The notes under the pieces are model-generated. The model was not told the DNA's origin. It did not search any database and saw nothing but the letters and a program-made list of their open reading frames with translations. A stretch of DNA of 64,000 nucleotides, from assembly GCA_035285865.1 (NCBI GenBank), contig JAYKHS010000007.1, positions 32,001 to 96,000 on the forward strand, given 5' to 3'. A program made the translations under genes and the position numbers. Source of the stretch: Candidatus Sericytochromatia bacterium (GTDB lineage Bacteria; Cyanobacteriota; Sericytochromatia; S15B-MN24; VGJW01). This document shows positions 46,719 to 56,123 of the stretch, in pieces (position 1 is the stretch's first letter; each line of letters starts with the position of its first letter).

Positions 46719-47759
46719 ATGGCGAAGCAGAAGAAGACAGTTGCGCTTCTGGTGGGCTGGGAAGAGACCTTCCCCAAGGCCTTCATCGAAGCTGTGAATA
46801 CCAAGGGCAAGGGTGAAGTCGAGGCGGTCTTCGCCAAGGTCGGCGTCACCAAGATGAGCGATGGCAAGGCCTACGACGTCATCGTGGACCGCATCTCGCA
46901 CGAGATCCACATGTACAAGCCGTGGCTCAAGAACCAGGCACTCAAGGGCGCGTACGTCATCAACGACCCCTTCTGGTGGCTGGCCGATGACAAGTTCTTC
47001 GACAACGCGCTGGTCGAGCAGCTGGGCGTGGCCGTGCCCAAGACCGTGGTCCTGCCCTCGTTCACGCCCAATCCGAACACCTCGGACAAGAGCCATCGCA
47101 ACATGATGCTGATGGACTGGGAGGACATCTTCAACTACGTCGGCTTCCCCTGCTTCCTCAAGCCCTACGACGGTGGCGGCTGGAAGCACGTCTACAAGTG
47201 CCGCACGCCCCAGGAAGTCTTCGAGAACTACGCCAAGAGCGGTCAGCTCGTGATGGTCCTGCAGGAAGGCATCGAGTTCGACAGCTACTGCCGCTGCCTG
47301 TGCATCGGCAAGGACACCATCATCCCCATCAAGTACGATCCGGGCGCCAAGGAGCGCACGGGCTTCGGGGCCTATGTCCAGTCCGACGAGTTCGAGAAGG
47401 GACCGCTGGCCGAGCGCATCCTGCGTGACGCCCGGGCGATCAACCACGCGCTGGGCTACGACATGAACTCGGTCGAGTTCGCGATCCGCGACGGCATCCC
47501 TTATGCCATCGACTTCATGAACCCCGCCCCCGACATGGACTTCTACTCGCTGACCGAGCCGTATTTCAAGAAGGTCGTCGACGCCTTCAGCGATTACGTC
47601 ATCGAACTGGCGAAGTCTGGTGCGGGACCCAACACCCGGCACTATCCGTGGCGCGAGCTGCTCAAGACCGGAGGCAAGCTGCCCGCAGTCAAGACGTCCG
47701 TGACGCCCAAGGCGCGCAAGGCCGCGGCTCCCAAGGCCGAAGCCGCCGCGACCAAGTAA
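46719..47759 (+). CDS. ATP-grasp (RimK/GshB-like) ligase
   Basis: DDKFFD, VPKTVVLP, FLKPYDGGGW, LQEGI, NSVEFA, IDFMNPAPD; GGAGG SD. Confidence 0.88.
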   Translation: MAKQKKTVALLVGWEETFPKAFIEAVNTKGKGEVEAVFAKVGVTKMSDGKAYDVIVDRISHEIHMYKPWLKNQALKGAYVINDPFWWLADDKFFDNALVEQLGVAVPKTVVLPSFTPNPNTSDKSHRNMMLMDWEDIFNYVGFPCFLKPYDGGGWKHVYKCRTPQEVFENYAKSGQLVMVLQEGIEFDSYCRCLCIGKDTIIPIKYDPGAKERTGFGAYVQSDEFEKGPLAERILRDARAINHALGYDMNSVEFAIRDGIPYAIDFMNPAPDMDFYSLTEPYFKKVVDAFSDYVIELAKSGAGPNTRHYPWRELLKTGGKLPAVKTSVTPKARKAAAPKAEAAATK

Positions 47760-47770
47760 AGCCGTCAACC

Positions 47771-47815
47771 GGCCGCCCCTCGTCTGCCCTCAGGCCGGCG
47801 AGGGGCGGCCTTCTT
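47771..47815 (+). terminator. Intrinsic terminator
   Basis: GGCCGCCCCTCG...CGAGGGGCGGCC followed by TTCTT. Confidence 0.7.
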
Positions 47816-47886
47816 GAAACGGGAGTTGGCCTCGTGCATCGATGCACCCTTGCGGACTTGACCCACAGGTGGTACCACGACGCTCC

Positions 47887-48381
47887 ATGAGCATCGACAT
47901 CCAGCATCACGCCCTTGCCCACCTGACACTCCTGTCCGAGCCTCAACCGCCTGCCTTGGTGCAATCGGTCGCACGGAATCCGGGCACCTCTCCGTGGATG
48001 GCCGCGGCAGCGCCCGTGGTGCTATCCATCGGTTCCGCCGTCGCGTCCGCTCAGGTATGGCCCAGGATGTTTTCCAGCGACGGCAGAGAGAACTGGGCGG
48101 CCGCCAACGCCATCGGAGCCGTGACGGATACGCTGGCCTTCGGTTCCGGGCACTTCCTTGCCGGAGACGTGCCGCGCAGCATCGGCATGGCGCTGGGTGG
48201 CATGGCCGTCAGGCAACTGGCGTGGGCTGGCTTGATGTCGAGCATCTCTCACAACTGGACGGGCGGGTCCACCAAGCAGCCTTGGGACGATGCGGTCATG
48301 GTGGGCTCCCTCGGCTTGCTCGGCCTCGTCTACATCGGCATTCCCGTGGACGCTTGGCAGACCGCTGCCGCAGCACGCTAA
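47887..48381 (+). CDS. Hypothetical membrane protein
   Basis: Several hydrophobic helices; TACCAC 8 nt upstream of ATG. Confidence 0.6.
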   Translation: MSIDIQHHALAHLTLLSEPQPPALVQSVARNPGTSPWMAAAAPVVLSIGSAVASAQVWPRMFSSDGRENWAAANAIGAVTDTLAFGSGHFLAGDVPRSIGMALGGMAVRQLAWAGLMSSISHNWTGGSTKQPWDDAVMVGSLGLLGLVYIGIPVDAWQTAAAAR

Positions 48382-49006
48382 AGGCAACACGCACGGCGCG
48401 CCATCAAAGCCTGCCAGACCGATTGCTGGGCTGATCCAAGGGTCTTTCTGGAGCGAGCGCGCTTTCTGTCCGCAACAGAACCACAGGTCGTGCATCGCCG
48501 TGGGACCCTCGAGGCAAGTTGCTTGATAGCCACCTACTGAACCTCAACGGCTCAGGGCAGGGTCCCCCCGCCGAACGCGAGTGCGCGAGGCAAGAAAGCT
48601 GTCCCCTTGGATGCATCAGGCGCTTGTGGATAACCGACCGCCGTGTCACACCGACGGTCCACAGGAACCCTTGCCAGAAGTTGGAACCACCCGAACAGAC
48701 AAGGTCCCCGCAGGCAGGCCACGGAAGCCCTCCGGTCGACGGCAGCAACTCGCCTGCGACGCAGGATTCGGCGATCGCGCCCAAAAGCCGGACAATGGGC
48801 GGGCGAGCCACCCTCCAGACGGCCAGGCCGGTGCAGGATTCGCCTTCTTCAATGTTTCTTTTCAGCAGCATAACCTCTCCTTAACGACATTCGTGTCCTG
48901 ACACCGGATAGTGGAAAGGTGCGGCGGACCTGCAACGTTGCCGGCGACGCTTGCCCTCGGGTGTGTTATTAAATTTCCATTGTCCCGACCTTGGGTGCTT
49001 TTCCTG

Positions 49007-49759
49007 ATGCGTGGTTCTCTCTTCAAGTCCCTGCGGCACTGCGGCAGCCTTGCCGTCGTGGGCGCCGTCCTTGTCGGCTGTGGCACGGGATCGACCCTGG
49101 GCGGACCGGATCCCTTCGCCGGCGCCACACCCCCCGCGCCCGAACCGACCATGCTGCCGACGTTCCCCGGTATCGGGCGTGGCGTGCCGGACAATGGCGC
49201 GGCACAGTACTGGGCCCGGGCCGTCAGCCAGGCGCACCAGCAGGTACCCGCCTACACGGCGCAGATGACCTACCTGCAGATTGCCGGCAGCAAGACCGTT
49301 CGTGGCGTCTACGACCTGCGGGGCAAGCGGCCTCGGTTGCTGCGGATCCAGATCCTGCAGGGCGAAGGCCAGGGGACCAAGCTGTCGTGGTCGGGCGGCA
49401 GGACCATCAAGGTACGCGCCGCAGGCCTGCTGAGTGCCATTCCTCTGGATCTGCCCCTGACGGACCCGCGCATCATCTCCCCGCGCGGCTACACACTCGA
49501 CCAGACGGATATCCCGGGTCTGCTCTCCCTGTTGAACCATCCGGCGGCCCAGGTGCAGTTCCTTGGCGAGCAGGGGGGAATGGCAACGCTGCGCATCACG
49601 GGCAGCCACCTGCTCAGCGGCGTGCGCGACATGACCGCCCGTATCAACACCCGCACGGGCTTCGCGTCGAGCGTCGAGATGTCGGACGGACGACAGGTCG
49701 TCTTCCGCATCGAGCTGATGAACTTCCGTCCCGTTCAGGACGTCTCGGTCGAGATCTGA
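49007..49759 (+). CDS. Lipoprotein with a probable LolA-like/lipoprotein-sorting beta fold
   Basis: Lipobox LVGC; beta-rich YTAQMTY...RIQIL...INTRTG pattern; paralogue at 50611-51348. Confidence 0.7.
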   Translation: MRGSLFKSLRHCGSLAVVGAVLVGCGTGSTLGGPDPFAGATPPAPEPTMLPTFPGIGRGVPDNGAAQYWARAVSQAHQQVPAYTAQMTYLQIAGSKTVRGVYDLRGKRPRLLRIQILQGEGQGTKLSWSGGRTIKVRAAGLLSAIPLDLPLTDPRIISPRGYTLDQTDIPGLLSLLNHPAAQVQFLGEQGGMATLRITGSHLLSGVRDMTARINTRTGFASSVEMSDGRQVVFRIELMNFRPVQDVSVEI

Positions 49760-49775
49760 TGCATTGATTGCGGAG

Positions 49776-50595
49776 ATGTCGCCCGAGGTAGCCCTCTGGT
49801 GGGGCCTGATGAGCCTTGCCGGCGTGCTGAACATCGCCCTTTGGCGTGGCTGCGGCCGCGAGGGGATGACACGGGCGGCGAGGACCTGAAGGGTCTTCTG
49901 CACTACCGCGTGTGGCGCTGGATTCTTGCGGGCGGATTCGCACTGGGTTGCGCATCCCGTTCCCGCGCCGATGGCCAGAGGATCGCGATGCTGGACACCC
50001 CGATCGCCAGTGTGGCCGTCGGCCGCAGCATCGCGGCGATAGCCGAGACGATGTTCGTCGCGCAGTGGGCCTTGTTGCTGAACATGTTGGCACGCCATTC
50101 GGGCTCTCGGACCACCCGCGTGCAATCAGGATGTTGGTGCCCATCATCCTGATTGCCGATACTTGCTCCTGGACGGCGGTCCTGACGACCAACTACCAGA
50201 GCAACGTCGGCGAGGAGTCGTTGCGGGCCGCAACGGGCACGCTTTTCGTCGTGGGCTTGGTGGCCTCATGGAGGCGGACACATGCGGGAGCTCGCCCCTT
50301 CGTGACTCCGGCCATCACCCTGAGCGTCCTCTATGTCCTGTACATGGTCACGGTCGACGTGCCCACGTACATCACGCGGTGGCACGCCGACACGCTTGCG
50401 GGCAAGCCACATCTGGATTTGGCGGCCAGGTGGCTCGACGCGACGCGCGTGGTCTTTACCGGACGATTAGAGGACTGGCGGGACGAGATGCCGTGGATGT
50501 CCCTTTACTTCAGCTGTGCCGTCTGGATGAGCCTTGCCATGGTTTGCCTGCCCCGCTTTCCTGGACAATCGCCGAGCAGTGCCACACCGGACTGA
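49776..50595 (+). pseudogene. Frameshifted polytopic membrane protein gene
   Basis: Membrane-protein-like sequence continues across three frames: MSPEVALWWGLMSLAGVLNIALW / SVAVGRSIAAIAETMFVAQWALLL / LVPIILIADTCSW...WMSLYFSCAVWMSL; shifts near 49845 and 50125. Confidence 0.7.
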
Positions 50596-50610
50596 AACCG
50601 GCGCGTCTGC

Positions 50611-51348
50611 CTAGATGTCCAGCGAGACATCCGAAACGGAGCGGAACTGCTTCAGATCATGCGAACCACCGGCTCTCTCGGGTCGCTCATTTCGACGAAT
50701 GCCGCATGACCCGAGCGCGCGTCGATGCCCCGTAGTCATCGATACCATCCCGGACAGCAGGTGGGAGCCGGTGACCTTGAGGTGGGCCAAGCCCGCCTGT
50801 TCACCAAGGAAAGTCACCCGTTCGGACGGATGATTCAGGAGACCGAGCAGTCCGGGAATGTCTATCTGGTCCAAGGTGTCGCCTCGAGGCGAGTTGATAC
50901 GCGGATCGGTCAGGGGCAGATCGATGGCCACGGCACCCAGCAAGCCTGCGGCACGGACCTTGATGGTCTTGCCACCGGCCCACGAGAGTTTGGTGCCATG
51001 GCCGTTCCCCTGAAGAATCTGGATCCGCATCTGGCGGGGACTCTTGCCCCTGAGGTCATAGAGTCCCCGGTACAGCTGACCGTTGGCCTTCTAGAAGTAG
51101 GACATCTGGGCGGTGTAGGCGCGCACGGCCCCGTGCGCCTGGTTCACTCGGCCCCTCCAGTAGGACACGGCCTCTTGGACCGGCGCACCGGGCATCGACG
51201 GCTGGCCGCCGAATTCCGGCAAAGGTGTGGCCACGGGAAGCGTGAGCACGGGATCCGGACGGGCGGGGGACTGACCGCAGGCCGAAAGCAAGGTGGCGGC
51301 CAGTAACGGCCAACCGCGCACCCGCACGGTTGCGAAAAGGAATCTCAC
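50611..51348 (-). pseudogene. Disrupted paralogue of the 49007-49759 lipoprotein
   Basis: High similarity (e.g. GTKLSW.GG.TIKVRAAGLL, DLPLTDPRI.SPRG.TLDQ.DIPGLL); in-frame TAG at 51091-51093 where the paralogue has Gln; shifted-frame segment near the 3' end. Confidence 0.85.
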
Positions 51349-51476
51349 GCAAGGTCTTTCACCCTTGAAGGCCGCGCCTTAACACCGTCTTATACATGCA
51401 ATTTCGCTGTTACAAGCCTGTTGCAACACCTTGCAGGTTGTCGGCAGCCCATGGGTTCATCTATATTTAACAATCC

Positions 51477-52091
51477 ATGCGTTACCCGACCACCGTCGTC
51501 CTATCGGCAGCACTGACCCTCGCGCCCCTCGCAGGGTGCGCCAGCGCGAGCCTCGCACCGCCCCCTGCAACGACTGGCGAGATCCGCGTGGCGGCAGCGG
51601 GAGCGGATGCCGTCGAGAGCAAGCTTGGGGTGACTCGCGTGCTGGTCTCGACGGCCGGTGGCACGCACCTCGCTTGGCGTATCCAGGGCGACGACAGGCC
51701 GGTGCTGACTGAATTGTTGACCAATGACTCCCGGACCGACGAACTGGCTTCCGGACTCGCGCTGCTCGCGGCGGACATGTTGATTGCCGGGGCGCGGGCG
51801 TGGCTGGTCTACGCCGCGACGCATCCCGGTAAGGAGTTCGATCGCGAGGCCTGCGTCCGTGCCATCGTGGCCGCCATGGTCGCGCAGGCCGTTTCGACGA
51901 TTCCCGTCGTCGGGGGCGTCCTGAGTGGCCTTTTGCTGCCGATCGTCTTCGCCTGGATCGCGCGGTCTGGCAAGTGGCCGTGGCAGGTCAGGATGCGCGG
52001 CCTGCTCGAGATCGGCGCCCACCTGCACGCGGCCATCGTGAAGGCCCTTGCGGGAGCTGACGCACGTCCTCGTCCCGTGCCCGCCTCGTGA
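51477..52091 (+). CDS. Hypothetical lipoprotein/membrane protein
   Basis: Lipobox LAGC; C-terminal TM helices; GTGA overlap with the next gene. Confidence 0.65.
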   Translation: MRYPTTVVLSAALTLAPLAGCASASLAPPPATTGEIRVAAAGADAVESKLGVTRVLVSTAGGTHLAWRIQGDDRPVLTELLTNDSRTDELASGLALLAADMLIAGARAWLVYAATHPGKEFDREACVRAIVAAMVAQAVSTIPVVGGVLSGLLLPIVFAWIARSGKWPWQVRMRGLLEIGAHLHAAIVKALAGADARPRPVPAS

Positions 52092-52858
52092 AGACCAACG
52101 TCAATCGGTACCGGACGCTCTGGCTTTCGGACATCCACCTTGGCACGCGCGCCTGCCGTGCGGAGGCGCTCAAGAGCTTTCTCAAGACGCACCACGCCGA
52201 GACCATCTACCTTGTCGGGGACGTGATCGATGCGTGGATGCTCAAGGACAAGTGGCACTGGCCCACGGCCCACAGTGACATCCTCCGGATGTTGGTGAAA
52301 AAAGCCAAGAAGTGCCGCATGGTTTATGTCCCCGGCAATCATGACAGCCTGCTGCGCCCGTTCCTGCCGCTCGACATCGGTGCCATCGAACTCCGTCACG
52401 AAGCTGTCCACGTCACGGCGGACGGCCGTCGCTTGCTGGTGATGCACGGCGACATCTTCGACGGTGCACTCTCGCGCGGCAAGGTCCTGACGACCGTGGG
52501 CACCTGGATTTACGACGCCCTGATCGAGATCAACGGCTGGCTTCATCGATTGAACGCTCGGCTCGGTCGCCCCCACTTCTCCCTGGCGCAGTTCCTGAAG
52601 GAGAACAGCAAGGATGCCCGCGTCATGATCGCGCGCTTCCGCGAGCTGGCAATCGCCCACGCGGCCCGGCGGGGCTTCGACGGGATCGTGACCGGGCACA
52701 TCCACCACGGCGAGTTGGCCATCGTGGACGAGATGCTCTACGCCAACTCGGGCGATTGGGTCGACGACTGCACGGCCATTGCCGAGACGTGGACGGGCGA
52801 ACTCGTGGTGCTGAGACAGACCGCGGAAGCGGTCACCGCCGAGACCGAGACCAGTTGA
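52088..52858 (+). CDS. Metallophosphoesterase, UDP-2,3-diacylglucosamine diphosphatase (LpxH)-like
   Basis: SDIHLG, LVGDVID, PGNHD, HGD, GHIH, NSGDW. Confidence 0.88.
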   Translation: MKTNVNRYRTLWLSDIHLGTRACRAEALKSFLKTHHAETIYLVGDVIDAWMLKDKWHWPTAHSDILRMLVKKAKKCRMVYVPGNHDSLLRPFLPLDIGAIELRHEAVHVTADGRRLLVMHGDIFDGALSRGKVLTTVGTWIYDALIEINGWLHRLNARLGRPHFSLAQFLKENSKDARVMIARFRELAIAHAARRGFDGIVTGHIHHGELAIVDEMLYANSGDWVDDCTAIAETWTGELVVLRQTAEAVTAETETS

Positions 52859-53541
52859 TCGGAGCCCCCTGGGCCGTAGGCGGTGTGGACGGCTGCAAGT
52901 CCGGCTGGGTCCTGGCCGGGATGGGGCCAGACGGCTCGCTCGGACTCGAGCTCCACTCCGCCATCGACACTGTTTTGGAACGGGTTTCCGGGGTGGTCGC
53001 CATCGACATGCCGATCGGGCTTCCGGAAGCTGGCCCCAGGGCGTGTGACCTTGCGGCCCGCGGCCTTCTCGGTGCGCGGCGCCACAGCGTGTTTCCAGCG
53101 CCTCTGAGGTCGATGCTGGAGGCCAGAAGCCATGCCGAGGCCTGCGCCTTGGGACGTCGGACGGACGGTCGGGGCCTGTCGCTGCAATCGTGGAACCTGA
53201 TCCCCAAAATCAGGGAAGTCGACGAATACGCCAGTCGGGTTCCCGCAGGACGCCTCATCGAGGTCCATCCGGAACTCAGCTTCAGGGGCATGCAGGGCGG
53301 GCATCCCTTGTTCGCGTCCAAGAAGACAGAGGAAGGCCGTCAGCAGCGCGCCAAGCTTCTGCGTCAAGCCTTTGCCGATTGGCTTCCCCAGCGGGCGCCC
53401 GCAGGATCCGGTGTCGACGACGTGCTGGACGCGTTCGCCGCCCTATGGACGGCGCTCAGACATCGCGACGGCTTGGCTGTCCCGACGACAGCAGCCGAAG
53501 AACGGGACGCACGAGGCCTGCTCATGCAAATCCACTGGTGA
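52855..53541 (+). CDS. DUF429-family predicted nuclease (RNase H-like fold)
   Basis: GVDGCKSGW, IDMPIGL, EVHPELSF, DDVLDA; TTGA overlap. Confidence 0.85.
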   Translation: MIGAPWAVGGVDGCKSGWVLAGMGPDGSLGLELHSAIDTVLERVSGVVAIDMPIGLPEAGPRACDLAARGLLGARRHSVFPAPLRSMLEARSHAEACALGRRTDGRGLSLQSWNLIPKIREVDEYASRVPAGRLIEVHPELSFRGMQGGHPLFASKKTEEGRQQRAKLLRQAFADWLPQRAPAGSGVDDVLDAFAALWTALRHRDGLAVPTTAAEERDARGLLMQIHW

Positions 53542-53651
53542 CGGAGGACCACGAAGCCACATTTTGCCAAGAAGAAACATTCCGCAAGAACGCGTATTTC
53601 CAGCGATGACTCGATTTAGCAATCAGACGGGCAGCAGAGAGGGAATGGATC

Positions 53652-54491
53652 GTGAGCAGCAGGCACGCCGCGCATCATCACGGTAGGCACCACGGCAGCC
53701 ACAGGTCGCATCACGGCCATCACCACGGCTCGCACGGCCATCACAGTTCGCACGGCCACGCCCACGGACCCCATGCGGCCCGCTCGGCCGCCCGTCACGC
53801 TGCGGATGCCGCCCACCGGAAGGCCGAGGCCGCGCGCATCGCTCGAGAAGCCGCAGACAAGCAAGCGAAGCGCGAAGCAGCGCGTCACGCCGAAAAAGGG
53901 CACGGCGACCGGCACCAGCACGCGACGCCCCGGGGCCTGCGCTCGTCGGTCAAGCTGGATGAAGGGCACCACACCCGCCACTCCGAGCCCCACGCCCTCA
54001 AGGCTGCCTCGACGCCCTCCGGCCACGGGAGCAGGGACGTGTCCCCGAACGCCAAGGCGCAGATGGATCGCCTCACCGAGACGGCCGGACGGTCGGCTGC
54101 CCATCGCCGTCCCGGTGGCTGGTGCTATCGCGCGGTCAAGAAATTCATCGCCTCGACCCCGGGCGGATACGGCGGCCTGAACGCCGGCAACATCTACAAG
54201 ATTCCACAGGCCCGGGCCCGGGACTTCGCGGACTTCATGAACCGGGACGGCAACGCCGCCAAGTACGGCCTGCGTAAGCTGGATATTTCCAATCCCTACG
54301 ACGCGCCCAAGGGTGCCCTGGTGGTGGTGGCCCCGGGGACTCCGGGGACCCGCCATCCGACGGCGGGCGACATCACCATCGCCGCAGGCGGCGGGCGATT
54401 CTACAACGACGGCAACATGGGTTACGGGGGTCCGAGGAACTTCCCGCCCGGCAACCGGCATGTGCTGGGCATCTACGTTCCGGCGAACTGA
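53652..54491 (+). CDS. His-rich protein with a C-terminal CHAP/NlpC-like domain
   Basis: 19 His in the first 41 aa; GWCYRAVK and PKGALVVV...HPTAGDITI. Confidence 0.7.
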   Translation: MSSRHAAHHHGRHHGSHRSHHGHHHGSHGHHSSHGHAHGPHAARSAARHAADAAHRKAEAARIAREAADKQAKREAARHAEKGHGDRHQHATPRGLRSSVKLDEGHHTRHSEPHALKAASTPSGHGSRDVSPNAKAQMDRLTETAGRSAAHRRPGGWCYRAVKKFIASTPGGYGGLNAGNIYKIPQARARDFADFMNRDGNAAKYGLRKLDISNPYDAPKGALVVVAPGTPGTRHPTAGDITIAAGGGRFYNDGNMGYGGPRNFPPGNRHVLGIYVPAN

Positions 54492-54497
54492 CGCGGC

Positions 54498-56045
54498 TCA
54501 GGCCTCGGCCACCTCGAACGCCACCACGTTGCGTTCGGCCCGGCCGAACTCGATGCCGACCAGCGTGACGTGGGTACCGGGCTGGCGAACCTTGTCGGCA
54601 TAGCCTCTGGCCAGAATCTGGGCCAGCGCTTGGCCCTCTGGCTGGTCGTCGACCACCTTGAATTCGAAGACATACGCGCGTCCCGGCACACGCAGCGTCA
54701 GGTCGATGCGTCCCTTGTTGGTGGCGTCCTCGACCCTCAGGTCCAGGCCAAGGGCTGCGAGGTGGCTGTAGAACACGCTGGCGTAATACCCCTCGAAGCG
54801 GGCGATGGGATTGTTGCGCAGCCAGTCGTGCGGGATGCTGGCGAACAGCCGATAGGTCGCGTCACGCAAGGCATCCAAGTTGCCGGCCAAAAGAGCTTCG
54901 GTAAGCTGTATCGTCAGGTCGCTCGCAGCACCGGCAGTCTGGCCCAATGCGGGCAACAGGCTGAGGTTCAGACTGGCTTCGACCTCGCGATTCGGATAGC
55001 CCAAGGTGTAGACCCAACTGCCCGTGGCGATTTCGCGCGCGTCATGAATGGTCAGGTACCCCGTCTGCCAGAGCAGCGCCTCGGGCTCGATATGGTCGAC
55101 ATCGAAGGCCGACATGATCTCCGCACGGGTGCGGCGCTTGGCCAGATCAGGCGAGAAGAACCCTCGTCGCGCCAGCAAGGCGACCAGAAAGCTGGGCGTC
55201 CCTGTCTCGAACCAGTACGGCCTGAACTGCTTGCTCTCGAGGAACAGCAGGACGTCAAAGGGATTGTAGACGGCCGTCCCGAGCCAGTTGTAGCCGTTGT
55301 ACCAACGCCGGACGGCATAGAGGTCCACGGCGTCCAGTTCCGGCGCAAAGACGGTCTCGAGGTCCTCCTGCGTGTAGCCGCACAACGCCGACCAGCGGGC
55401 ATCCAGCGTGATGTCGCGCAAATGGTTGAGGCCCGAGAACAGGCTCACCTTGCTGAACTTGCTGACGCCCGTCAGGAAGACGAACTTCAGGTGGGCATCG
55501 GCGTCCTTGAGGACGCCATAGATGTCGCGCAACGCGTCACGCATCTGGCGTGCCAGATCGGGCTGTTCCAGATGGTCCAGGATGGGCTTGTCATACTCGT
55601 CGACCAACACGACCACCCGCTGGCCGGACTTTCGGTGAAGTGCCTGAATGAGCTGGTGCAGACGCCCTCGGGTATCCTGCGCCCGGCCAATCAGGCCGCA
55701 TTCCGTCTCGACTTCTTCCAACTGCCGCAGGATCCAGCCCTGAAGGTCTTCACGCGAGAAAGCCTGCCCACCCCCAAAGCTCAGGCGAACGACGGGGTAA
55801 CGGACCGACCAGTCCCATCGGCTCTCCGCCGCAAGGCCCGTGAAGCGTTCGCGGTTCCCCTCGAACAAATCCTTCAGGGTGTCGAGGAAAAGGCTCTTAC
55901 CGAAGCGGCGAGGACGGGACAGGAAGAACGCCTTGCCGGACTGCACCAGATCCACGGCCATCCCCGTCTTGTCGACGTAATAGCAGCCGTCCTCGCGAAT
56001 CTCGCGGAACGTCTGGATGCCGATTGGCAGAGTCTTGCGGGTCAT
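54498..56045 (-). CDS. AAA-ATPase-like protein with C-terminal PD-(D/E)XK nuclease domain
   Basis: LPIGIQTF, YYVDKT, SRPRRFGKSL, LVDEYDKP, YNPFD, GRIDL...VFEFK. Confidence 0.92.
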   Translation of the reverse strand: MTRKTLPIGIQTFREIREDGCYYVDKTGMAVDLVQSGKAFFLSRPRRFGKSLFLDTLKDLFEGNRERFTGLAAESRWDWSVRYPVVRLSFGGGQAFSREDLQGWILRQLEEVETECGLIGRAQDTRGRLHQLIQALHRKSGQRVVVLVDEYDKPILDHLEQPDLARQMRDALRDIYGVLKDADAHLKFVFLTGVSKFSKVSLFSGLNHLRDITLDARWSALCGYTQEDLETVFAPELDAVDLYAVRRWYNGYNWLGTAVYNPFDVLLFLESKQFRPYWFETGTPSFLVALLARRGFFSPDLAKRRTRAEIMSAFDVDHIEPEALLWQTGYLTIHDAREIATGSWVYTLGYPNREVEASLNLSLLPALGQTAGAASDLTIQLTEALLAGNLDALRDATYRLFASIPHDWLRNNPIARFEGYYASVFYSHLAALGLDLRVEDATNKGRIDLTLRVPGRAYVFEFKVVDDQPEGQALAQILARGYADKVRQPGTHVTLVGIEFGRAERNVVAFEVAEA

Positions 56046-56123
56046 GCCACCCCATCGTGGCCGACTCATCGGTGGTGCGCAAGCCTGCGGGCTGGCAAGG
56101 CTGGCACGCCTCGGCGACAGCCC

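Noticed and set aside
48960..51385. Shared alternative-sigma promoter motif (TTAA...GGGTG) upstream of the two paralogues and the papain gene
   Set aside because: The spacing is inconsistent (13 versus about 18 nt) and there are too few examples.
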